Below, in pieces: positions 54,348-62,355 of a stretch of DNA of 64,000 nucleotides. The DNA comes from an uncultured Acidobacteriaceae bacterium (lineage in GTDB: Bacteria > Acidobacteriota > Terriglobia > Terriglobales > Acidobacteriaceae), in NCBI GenBank assembly GCA_963794165.1, contig CAWCCT010000008.1:245054-309053 (forward strand), given 5' to 3'. The first letter of the stretch is position 1. Each line of letters starts with the position of its first letter. The translations under genes and the position numbers were made by a program. The notes under the pieces are model-generated. The model saw nothing but the letters and a program-made list of their open reading frames with translations. It made no database searches and was not told the origin of the DNA.

Positions 54348-55505
54348 TCATGTTCGAGCCGCAAACGCGATCTGGCAAAGCTGCTTCACGGTGTGCTCTA
54401 CCTCCTCGTCAGTGGTATAGAAATGAGGCGCGATGCGAATGCCCGCCTGGGGCCGGTAGTCCACAAGAATTTCGCGCCGGGCCAACTCCTTGGTCGCATC
54501 TTTGCCGTTCGGCACGTCCAGAATGACTACGCCGGCACGCTTTTCCGCTTCGCGGCAGGTGCGCACAGGTATACCCGATTCATCGGCCAGATCCATGAGC
54601 AACTGTGTCTGTCGCAGCGACTTGGCGCGAATGTTCTCTACCCCCACCTCCTGGATGATTTCGTATCCCGATCGAGCCGAATAAAGCGCGGGTACATTCG
54701 GCGTGCCATTCAAGAAGCGCATGGCGTCGTCCGCCAATTGGGTGGGCCCGCTCTCAAATCCAAATGGCTCCCGGTGGGCTTGCCAACCTGTTGCCGCGGG
54801 TTCCAACTGGCCCCACAAATCGCGGCGCACATACAAGTACCCGGCGCCGGGGCCGCCGCACAGCCACTTCACTGACCCTCCGGTAGCGAAATCCACCTGC
54901 AGCTCGCGAACATTTACCGGCAGGCAGCCGGCGGATTGATAGAGATCGGCCACCACCATCGCTCCCACTGCGTGGGCTCGCTTGGTGATGGCCGCCAGAT
55001 CCTGCACGTAAGAACTGCGAAACGCGACCTGCGACACTGAGACCAGGCGCGTCTCTTCGTCAATTGCCGCCAGCATCGCTTCAAGCGGCAACGTCATGCC
55101 GTCTGCCGACGGCACGCGCGTAACCCGTGCACCCTGCCGTTCCAGGCCGTAATAGATGTAATCATTGGAAGGGAAGTTCAGACCATCGCTCACCAGCTTA
55201 TTGCGCGGCCCGCGCCAATCGAAGCACGAGGCCACAATCCACTGGCAGATGGAGACGTTCTGGTGCATCACCACCTCGCCCTGCCCAGCGCCAATAATGG
55301 AACCGATCAGGTCGCCTACGGTGACCGGCATCTCCCACCAGCCTTCTTCCCAGGCGCGAATGCCACGCGTAGCCCAGGTGTCGGCGAACTGCTGCAGGCG
55401 CTCAGACACGCGCCGCGGCATTGCGCCCAGTGAATGGCTGATCATGTAGGTGGTGTGGTCAAGGATGGGAAACTCCTTACGCCAGACAAGTAATGGATCA
55501 TTCAT
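54348..55505 (-). CDS. kynU: kynureninase-family PLP-dependent hydrolase
   Basis: ORF 54348..55664. I place the start at ATG 55505, which overlaps the permease stop (ATGA). SHSLGAMPRRV..W..RGIRAWEEGWW..GEVVMHQNVS and GGSVKWLCGGPGAGYLYV resemble kynureninase motifs as I recall them. Confidence 0.7.
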   Translation of the reverse strand: MNDPLLVWRKEFPILDHTTYMISHSLGAMPRRVSERLQQFADTWATRGIRAWEEGWWEMPVTVGDLIGSIIGAGQGEVVMHQNVSICQWIVASCFDWRGPRNKLVSDGLNFPSNDYIYYGLERQGARVTRVPSADGMTLPLEAMLAAIDEETRLVSVSQVAFRSSYVQDLAAITKRAHAVGAMVVADLYQSAGCLPVNVRELQVDFATGGSVKWLCGGPGAGYLYVRRDLWGQLEPAATGWQAHREPFGFESGPTQLADDAMRFLNGTPNVPALYSARSGYEIIQEVGVENIRAKSLRQTQLLMDLADESGIPVRTCREAEKRAGVVILDVPNGKDATKELARREILVDYRPQAGIRIAPHFYTTDEEVEHTVKQLCQIAFAART

Positions 55506-56851
55506 GAAAATGAGTTCCTCCGCACCCGCCACGCTACGTAGAACAGGGCCAGCGCCGGTACACCGCACACCAGTGTCATGCGGAACACGCTCGTGAACGC
55601 GGTGGTGAGCAGAATCGCCGCCATCAACCCGGCGCCCAACAGGCTGGCATACGGATAGCCCCACATGCGGAAAGCCAGGTGCTTGCCGCCGTGCGCGCGG
55701 CGGAAGTAAAGGTGGGTCACGAAAATCATCATCCAGGTGAACAATGCGCCGAAGATGGAAATGGCCACCATCAGGGTGAATGCCGTATCGGGGAACAGCA
55801 CATTCAGCACCGCGGCGAGCGCGATACCAAGGGACGACAAAAGCAGAGCCGAAAGCGGAATTCCGCGCCCGCTCAGCCGACCGAATCGCCGCGGCGCGTA
55901 ACCCGCCCGCGCCAGGCTGAACATCATCCGCGTGGTGATGTACAACTGGCTGTTCATGGCGGAGAGCGCCGCCACCAGGATCACGAAATTCACCACCGCC
56001 GCGGCGAGGGGTACGTGGGAGCGCGCCATCACGGTTACGAATGGGCTTTGGCCTTTTCCGGCCTCCGTCCAGGGAACCAGGGCCAGGATAATCGCCATGG
56101 TCAGCAGATAGAAGATCACCAGGCGTGCGACGGTGGAGCGAAAAGCCCGGACGATGGCCCGCTGCGGATCTTCCGCCTCTCCCGCCGCGACCGCGATCAT
56201 CTCAATGCTCAGGTAGCTGAAGATGGAAACAACCACAGCTACCCACATTCCCCATGCGCCCTTGGGAAAGAATCCCCCGTGGGTGGTGTAGTTGGAAAAA
56301 CCGGTGCCCCACAGCAGCCATCCGCCGAGCAGGATGAACACTATGATCGCCGTTACCTTCAGGCTGGAGAAGGCATACTCCACAGCGCCGAACACTTTCA
56401 CGTTGAACGCGTTCACGATGATCAGGATGGAGGAGAATCCGGCGATCCAGATCCAGCCCGGCACCATTGGGAACCAATAGCGCATGTAGACCGCAATGGC
56501 ACTCACCTCCGTGCCTACTGCCAAGACCATGCATGACCAATAGGCATAGCGGACCATGAACCCGGCCAGGGGCCCGATATAAAACTCCGCCCACGCGCCG
56601 AAGGAGCCCGAAGTTGGATGCGCCACCGTCATTTCGGCGAGACATCCCATCAACATAAGTGTGATGAGCGCGCCGATGGAATAGCTGACAATGACCGAAG
56701 GCCCGGCAAAACCAATGGCAAAACTGCTGCCCAGAAACAGTCCGGTACCAATGGCGCCACCGATAGCGATCATGCTGAGCTGCGCCGAGCTGAGCCCGCG
56801 GTGCAGACCCTTCTCGCGATTCTCAATAGCATCGAAGCGTTCGGCGTTCAT
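55502..56851 (-). CDS. APC-superfamily amino-acid permease
   Basis: 449 aa. LSSAQLSMIAIGGAIGTGLFLGSSFAIGFAGPSV. Twelve hydrophobic helices. Confidence 0.9.
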   Translation of the reverse strand: MNAERFDAIENREKGLHRGLSSAQLSMIAIGGAIGTGLFLGSSFAIGFAGPSVIVSYSIGALITLMLMGCLAEMTVAHPTSGSFGAWAEFYIGPLAGFMVRYAYWSCMVLAVGTEVSAIAVYMRYWFPMVPGWIWIAGFSSILIIVNAFNVKVFGAVEYAFSSLKVTAIIVFILLGGWLLWGTGFSNYTTHGGFFPKGAWGMWVAVVVSIFSYLSIEMIAVAAGEAEDPQRAIVRAFRSTVARLVIFYLLTMAIILALVPWTEAGKGQSPFVTVMARSHVPLAAAVVNFVILVAALSAMNSQLYITTRMMFSLARAGYAPRRFGRLSGRGIPLSALLLSSLGIALAAVLNVLFPDTAFTLMVAISIFGALFTWMMIFVTHLYFRRAHGGKHLAFRMWGYPYASLLGAGLMAAILLTTAFTSVFRMTLVCGVPALALFYVAWRVRRNSFS

Positions 56852-56924
56852 CGGTTTTGGTGTCAGCCCAGTGTAAACGGTCGCGCAAAAAGGTGACCCC
56901 AGGGATGCACCGGTAGGACCGGAG

Positions 56925-57240
56925 GGCTACAACTACAATCTTTCCTCTTGCTACCCAAGGCGCATGGCGGATTCCGGCAGAAAAGGTATGCTCTTTTCAA
57001 GCGGCGACTCTCCAAACTCTCTCAGCGATCCTTTCGGGGGATGGGTTCGATGAGGAACAAAGAGGGTCGCTGTAAGTAGTAGTCGTAGCCTTACTTTGTG
57101 GTTTGCAACAACTGAATAATTGAGTCTGCCAAGTTTCTCTCGTTTACGTCCTTTTAGATATTGCTACGGTCACTGAATCACTCGAACGATGCATTACTCT
57201 GACCCTATCAGTTCACACTGGTAGGGTTTTCCTTTTGCCC
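56925..57240 (+). ncRNA. candidate structured non-coding element, copy A (strand inferred from G.U pairs and a terminator-like 3' hairpin)
   Basis: ~316 nt that aligns with 58075-58386. No ORF is conserved between the copies. Stem 57004-57012 / 57062-57070 and the 3' hairpin each contain a U.G pair that would be a C.A mismatch on the minus strand. Confidence 0.35.
57203..57236 (+). terminator. intrinsic-terminator-like hairpin closing copy A
   Basis: CCCTATCAG-ttcaca-CTGGTAGGG followed by TTTTCCTTTT. Confidence 0.4.
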
Positions 57241-57312
57241 ATTAAAGCCTTTGGAGCGCCTCTTGAGAACCAGGAATGCAGGACGACAGTTGGAACCGCA
57301 TTTTTCCGGACG

Positions 57313-57496
57313 CTGCCACGAATGCCGGGTGCCCCACATCTCGCTGGTTTTTTCGCGAGATGTGGGATACCGCGAAGGTCAGTTTTCCATCTTTTGCATC
57401 CTGAACCACTCTCGATTGGGAGCAGCGGGCTCCCGGCATTCGTGGCAGGTTCGGAAACCACGCCTTGAGGATTTGGGCACGGCTGAGGCCGTGCCC
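57313..57496. repeat. palindromic repeat cluster
   Basis: 17-nt arms CTGCCACGAATGCCGGG (57313-57329) / complement (57432-57448) enclose the hairpin CCCACATCTCGC..GCGAGATGTGGG (57333-57366). GGGCACGGCTGAGGCCGTGCCC follows at 57475-57496. Confidence 0.8.
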
Positions 57497-57509
57497 TTGG
57501 TGCTAGATA

Positions 57510-57965
57510 CTAGCCCACAGTCGCGCTCGCCATGCGCGACTCCATTTCCTGCGGCGAAACGTCTTCAACATGGGTGCCGATCGTCCACTTGAAGCCGAAA
57601 GGATCGAGAAAAGTTCCGGAGCGATCTCCATAGAACTGATTTTTCACCGGACGCAGTACTTTGGCTCCCGCTGCGACGGCCCCTTTTGTGAAGTTGTCCA
57701 CGTCGTCGACATAGAGCATCAGGCTGACCGGTGATCCATGGTGATGTTCGGGGCCGTACGCATCCATTTGCGGGGCTTCATCGGCCAGCATAATCCGAGA
57801 GTTGCCGATCTGTATCTCGGCGTGACCGATCCGATTCCCCATGGGCATACGAAAGAGTTCCTGTGCGCCGAATGCCTTTGTGTAGAAATCAATTGCAGAT
57901 TTGGCGTCTTCGAAGATGAGATACGGAGTGACAGAGCTGTATCCGTCGGGAATTGGCTTTACCAT
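57510..57965 (-). CDS. VOC-family (glyoxalase/bleomycin-resistance, PhnB-like) protein
   Basis: ORF 57510..58025. ATG 57965 preceded by AAGGAGGAGA. MVKPIPDGYSSVTPYLIFEDAKSAIDFYTKAFGA...GDRSGTFLDPFGFKWTIGT. Confidence 0.85.
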   Translation of the reverse strand: MVKPIPDGYSSVTPYLIFEDAKSAIDFYTKAFGAQELFRMPMGNRIGHAEIQIGNSRIMLADEAPQMDAYGPEHHHGSPVSLMLYVDDVDNFTKGAVAAGAKVLRPVKNQFYGDRSGTFLDPFGFKWTIGTHVEDVSPQEMESRMASATVG

Positions 57966-58074
57966 GACAATCTCCTCCTTTGGACGAATCGTCCAGTGCC
58001 AGGAGTATAGACCTTCCGGGCTCAACGCTCGAAATCGGTGAAGTGACCCAACGGTTACACCAGGAAGGCTGGAC

Positions 58075-58386
58075 GGCTACAACTACAATCTTTCCCTTTG
58101 CTACCCAAGGCGCATGGTGGATTCCAACAGAAACGGTATGCTCTTTTCAAGCGGCGACTCTCCCAACTCTCTCAGCGATCCTTTCGGGGGATGGGTTCGA
58201 TGAGGAAACAAAGAGAGTCGCTGTAATAGTAGTAGCAGCCTTACTTTGTGGTTTGCAGCAAATGAACAAATTGAATCTGCCAGGTTTCTCTCGTTTAAGT
58301 TCCGATCTTGCTCCGGTCACTGAATCACTCGAATGATGCACTACCCTGACCCTATCAGTTCACCCTGGTAGGGTTTTGCTTTTGCC
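58075..58386 (+). ncRNA. candidate structured non-coding element, copy B
   Basis: Paralogue of 56925-57240. Stem 58154-58162 / 58213-58221 is fully Watson-Crick, with A-U where copy A has G.U. The 118-aa ORF 57980..58336 crossing it is broken in copy A by a 1-nt indel. Confidence 0.35.
58350..58383 (+). terminator. intrinsic-terminator-like hairpin closing copy B
   Basis: CCCTATCAG-ttcacc-CTGGTAGGG followed by TTTTGCTTTT. The only difference from copy A is in the loop. Confidence 0.4.
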
Positions 58387-58440
58387 TGTGCCAGTCGCAC
58401 GCCCGCATGGGGTTGCGATCTAATCGACCAAACCCCTGGC

Positions 58441-59283
58441 CTATGAATGCGCGCTTAATTCCTTCAGGGACTCGGCGGCGAGAGGATCTGCCGCAACCGC
58501 TTTCATCAGAGGTAGAGCGAAATCAACCAATTCCCTGGCGCTCAGAATGTAAGTCTTCGCATTGCCTACGCGGGCGCCGTTGTTCCGTGTTTTGACGAGC
58601 AAGCTGTCGACGATCTTCGCAAAAAAGCGATCTGGCCAGTGGGCATGAGCGCCATCGCCCGAGGTATCGAATTCTTCCATAGCGCGCCATATCCGGCATC
58701 CATTCTCCATTAAGGGAACCTGATAACGCGCGATCCTCTTTCCTGGAATGTCAGCGACATGTTCAACGTAATGGAGGAAGGTCACGGCGTCATGATCGGA
58801 CCCCAGCAATACGATCTTGCCATCGAGCTTCAAAAATCGTTCCAGCGGAGAGTCTGAGCCGAGAGCGTAATTCCACGGTTGGTGAGAGATGAGGTGCTCA
58901 GTCTGCTTACCCCAAAACACAAAACGGGCAACGTGCTCATTAACTCGAGAGTCCGGATAGGTCCTCAGGAATTCGACCAGGGCCCCATTGTCGCGATCCG
59001 ATCTTGCCGTAGCAGGATCGAACACCGGCAATCTCTCACGAATGTCCCGCTCTTGCTCCGCCGTCAGGTTCCCGCGTCCCAGCTCGTCGTAATAGCGCGG
59101 GCAACTCGCGTACATCATAAGAGTGCCTTCCGCGGTCAGCACCGATTTGAGGGCAAGGTGTATCTGGTCGGGACCACCGGCAACTTCTCCAACTGCTCGG
59201 ACTGACGCATGCAGCATGATCGTATCGGCAGACCTGATGCCCAACTTACGGAAGTCCTCTGCCAACTCTTCTATCGAGTACAT
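58441..59283 (-). CDS. aac(3): aminoglycoside N(3)-acetyltransferase family protein
   Basis: 280 aa. LAEDFRKLGIRSADTIMLHASVRAVGEVAGGPDQIHLALKSVLTAEGTLMMYASCP matches the AAC(3)/Antibiotic_NAT N-terminal pattern. Confidence 0.85.
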   Translation of the reverse strand: MYSIEELAEDFRKLGIRSADTIMLHASVRAVGEVAGGPDQIHLALKSVLTAEGTLMMYASCPRYYDELGRGNLTAEQERDIRERLPVFDPATARSDRDNGALVEFLRTYPDSRVNEHVARFVFWGKQTEHLISHQPWNYALGSDSPLERFLKLDGKIVLLGSDHDAVTFLHYVEHVADIPGKRIARYQVPLMENGCRIWRAMEEFDTSGDGAHAHWPDRFFAKIVDSLLVKTRNNGARVGNAKTYILSARELVDFALPLMKAVAADPLAAESLKELSAHS

Positions 59284-59469
59284 AGCCAGCTACGATGCAA
59301 TTGACTGTTCGCTAATGGACAGCATTGTTTGATTTCGGACTCTTCTGATTTTGCAGACTCATTATAAAGGCGGCAAAACCTCTGGTTACTGCGCGCTGAA
59401 CCTTGGGCATTTGGCACGCAGATTGCATAAGATGATTCCATGAATCTTCTTGCCCAGGAGGATGACACT

Positions 59470-59485
59470 ATGTTGATATCAACAT
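59470..59485. promoter_or_regulatory. perfect 16-bp palindrome ATGTTGATATCAACAT (ATGT-N8-ACAT, PadR-box-like)
   Basis: Lies 120 nt upstream of ADOP copy 3 (ATG 59606) and 186 nt upstream of the divergent aac(3) start. Confidence 0.45.
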
Positions 59486-59605
59486 ACATTGTCACGCCGC
59501 CCCAGCGGCCATCAGAACCTAGGGCGAAGCCACCAGGAAAACCAGCAAGGTCGAATGCACTCCGGGGTGGTTACAAAGCTGCGGGGCCTGCAGTGGAGGA
59601 CCGCC

Positions 59606-62068
59606 ATGTCATTCCTTCGTGATTTGAAGATTGCCCTGCGCTCGCTGTGGCGCGTTCGTGCGCTATGGTTCACCGTCGCCTTCACTCTGGCCCTGGGTAT
59701 CGGCGCCAACGCCGCTATCTTCAGCGTGGTCCGCGCGGTGTTGTTGCGTCCGCTGGCCAACCGCGACGAAGACCGCCTCCTCTATTTGCGAGAAAGTGCT
59801 CCCGGCCTCGGGATCGAAAACACGACGTTCTCCATACCTGAAATCGATGACCTGGGCAAGGGATTGAAGACGATCACCGAGCTCGGAACCTTTTCCGCGA
59901 TCGACTTCACGGTAGTGGGACTGGGCACGCCGAGAGAAATTCCGGCGGGCGTGGTAGACGGGCATTACTTCGAAGTGATGGGGCTGCGCCCGGTGCTGGG
60001 ACGCCTGCTGACGAACTCCGACGATGGGCCAAATGCGGCAGGCGCAATTGTGCTGACCTATCGATTTTGGACCACAGCGCTGAAGTCTGACCCGAGCGTG
60101 ATTGGAAAGACCGTGCGCCTCGAAAGCTTCAACGGGGCCCGGCAGGCGACCATCGTGGGGGTTCTGGAACCAGCGGTGCCGTATCCGGTGGCAACCGAAA
60201 TTATCGCCAATGTCGTGACCAGTCCGCACCACCTGTCAGCCACCATGGTGACCGGTCGTGAGCACCGTATGACCGAAGTGTTCGCGCGGCTTGCCCCGGG
60301 AGCGACCCTCGACGCGGCGCGATCGGAGCTGCGCGCGCGGTACGCCGCCATCGTCGCCCAACATCCTGAGGTTTACAAGCCCGCCGACCACTACCAGATC
60401 AATGCCAGGCGGATGCACGACCAAATCAATTCCCGGGCCAATGCGATTTTGTGGGTGCTGTTTGCGGCCGCCGGGTTGCTGTTTGTGATTGCGTGCTCCA
60501 ACGTGGCCAACCTGGTGCTGGCGCGAACGGTTCGCCGCGACGCGGAGCTGGCCGTGCGTTCCGCGCTCGGAGCCACTACACCGGCATTGCGACGTTCGCT
60601 GTTGGCAGAAAGCCTGGTACTGTGCGGCAGCGGAGTGTTGGCGGCGCTGCTCCTTGCCTGGCCGATGGTGGCTGTGCTGGGGAGGTATGCGGCACGTTTT
60701 TCCGTGCGTGCCGACGGGGTGCAGCTCGATTTCAACCTGGTGTGGTTCGGCATCGTGCTGGCGTTGGTGGCAGCGGTGTTCCTGGCGCTGATTCCGCGGC
60801 TGCCCACGGGGGACGCGCCTCTCTCCGCCGGGCTCAGCAGTGGCGGAACGCGGGTGACGGGAGGCAGCGGCCGGCGGCTGCACATGTTCGCCATTATGCA
60901 AATCACCGCTTCGTTCCTGTTGTTGACCGGAGCGGCGGTGTTGATGCGAACGCTGTATACGCTCGAAGACACCCGTCCACCGTTTGACACGTCGCACGTG
61001 CTCGCGGTGAATCTCCCGGTGATGTCGTATGGGCGAACCCCGGAGCAGGTATCGGATTTTTACCGCCAGGTACAGCGCCGGGTAAGCGCCCTGCCTGGGG
61101 TGACCCATGTATCGACCGGCTTCAGTGTTCCCTGGCGCGATGCCCAGGGGCTGGATATAAGCTTTGCGTTTGCGGCTACGGGAGCGGCGCGCAAGAACGG
61201 GCTCGACGACTGGCGCGCGAAGTTCCGCTCCGTATCGCCTGGATATTTCGGAACCCTGGGCCTGCCAATTTTAGAGGGGCGCGATTTCCGGGACTTGGAT
61301 AAGAGCAACTCCGAACGAGTGGTGATCGTGAGCCAGAGCCTGGCGCAAACGCTGTTCCCCGGGCAGGATCCGCTGAACCGCGAGCTGCGCTGGACAGACG
61401 GAGTGATGAAGTTTATCGGCATTAGCGAGGAGCCCCGCCGGATCGTCGGCGTGGTGCCCGATGTCGACGACGAGAACATCATCCCGTCGCCTTCCATGAT
61501 GGTGTACCAGCCGACCGATCAGGAGGGATGGCAGGGGCGTCTGCTGGTGCGCACGCAGCAGGATCCGTACACACTGGCTCCCGCCATCACGCGCACCATT
61601 CACGAGATTTCGGCGGAACAGCCTGTGGAGCGCGCGAGCACGCTTCAGGACATACGCGCCGAGGTATTGACGCCGGACCGGCTGAACGCGGTTGTGTTTG
61701 GTGGGTTCGCAGGGGTTGCCCTGCTGATTTCCGTGGTGGGTGTGGCGGGTGTCCTTGCCTTTTCGGTAAGTGGGCGCACGCGCGAGTTCGGTATCCGCAT
61801 GTCGCTTGGCGCGCAGAGGTGGGACATTCTGAAAGATGTGCTCTTACAAGGCGTGACCATTGCCTGGATCGGCGTAGGCGCTGGAGTGCTGTTTGGCATC
61901 GTCTTCATGCGTGGGATCAGCAAGTACGTGGCAGAAGTGCATCTGCCGGGAATGCTATCCTTTGTCGCTTCGGCTCTGATTATTCTGGCCGCATCACTGA
62001 TCGCATCCGCTGTACCCGCGGCGCGAGCAGCGCGAGTAAACGCGGTCGAAGCCCTGCGTTCGGAATAG
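59606..62068 (+). CDS. ADOP-type duplicated FtsX/MacB-like permease (copy 3)
   Basis: ORF 59489..62068. I place the start at ATG 59606 (MSFLRDLKIALRSLWRVRALWFTVAFTL). Two FtsX modules (..CSNVANLVLARTVRRDAELAVRSALGATT.. and ..LAFSVSGRTREFGIRMSLGAQR..). Confidence 0.9.
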   Translation: MSFLRDLKIALRSLWRVRALWFTVAFTLALGIGANAAIFSVVRAVLLRPLANRDEDRLLYLRESAPGLGIENTTFSIPEIDDLGKGLKTITELGTFSAIDFTVVGLGTPREIPAGVVDGHYFEVMGLRPVLGRLLTNSDDGPNAAGAIVLTYRFWTTALKSDPSVIGKTVRLESFNGARQATIVGVLEPAVPYPVATEIIANVVTSPHHLSATMVTGREHRMTEVFARLAPGATLDAARSELRARYAAIVAQHPEVYKPADHYQINARRMHDQINSRANAILWVLFAAAGLLFVIACSNVANLVLARTVRRDAELAVRSALGATTPALRRSLLAESLVLCGSGVLAALLLAWPMVAVLGRYAARFSVRADGVQLDFNLVWFGIVLALVAAVFLALIPRLPTGDAPLSAGLSSGGTRVTGGSGRRLHMFAIMQITASFLLLTGAAVLMRTLYTLEDTRPPFDTSHVLAVNLPVMSYGRTPEQVSDFYRQVQRRVSALPGVTHVSTGFSVPWRDAQGLDISFAFAATGAARKNGLDDWRAKFRSVSPGYFGTLGLPILEGRDFRDLDKSNSERVVIVSQSLAQTLFPGQDPLNRELRWTDGVMKFIGISEEPRRIVGVVPDVDDENIIPSPSMMVYQPTDQEGWQGRLLVRTQQDPYTLAPAITRTIHEISAEQPVERASTLQDIRAEVLTPDRLNAVVFGGFAGVALLISVVGVAGVLAFSVSGRTREFGIRMSLGAQRWDILKDVLLQGVTIAWIGVGAGVLFGIVFMRGISKYVAEVHLPGMLSFVASALIILAASLIASAVPAARAARVNAVEALRSE

Positions 62069-62171
62069 TTCGCCGTTGAATCGGAAAAGGCGGGGTGAGA
62101 ACCGGCGAAAAAGAAACGGAAAAACCGTCCCTATTGAAGGGTACGGGCTAAAGAGTCTGCGTGAGGGATCC

Positions 62172-62324
62172 GGACTCAGTCCCGCAGGGACGGCTGAGTG
62201 TAGCCCAGGACGACAGTCCTGGGTTTGTGCGACTCAGACCGAAAAGTCCCGTAGGGACGACTGAAAGTTGCCCAGGGGACAACAGCCCTGGGTGATTCTC
62301 AGCTGTCCCTACGGGACTGAGTCC
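62172..62324. repeat. nested palindromic element between convergent genes
   Basis: 27-nt arms GGACTCAGTCCCGCAGGGACGGCTGAG (62172-62198) / complement (62298-62324), with 2 mismatches. They enclose the hairpins CCCAGGAcgacaGTCCTGGG and CCCAGGGgacaacaGCCCTGGG. Confidence 0.8.
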
Positions 62325-62355
62325 GCAGACATGGAAGAGCTGGGGCATCGCTTCA

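Noticed and set aside
57030-57060. GGGTTCGATGAGG resembles a tRNA/tmRNA T-loop, raising the idea that the duplicated element is a tmRNA or tRNA-like gene
   Set aside because: The flanking bases do not form a T-stem. There is no acceptor-stem pairing, no CCA-proximal end and no credible tag-peptide frame. Two diverged copies 1.15 kb apart also do not fit tmRNA.
57980-58336. 118-aa ORF spanning copy B of the duplicated element
   Set aside because: The homologous frame in copy A is destroyed by a 1-nt indel and an early stop (..ACA ACT GAA TAA), so the sequence conservation is not at the protein level.
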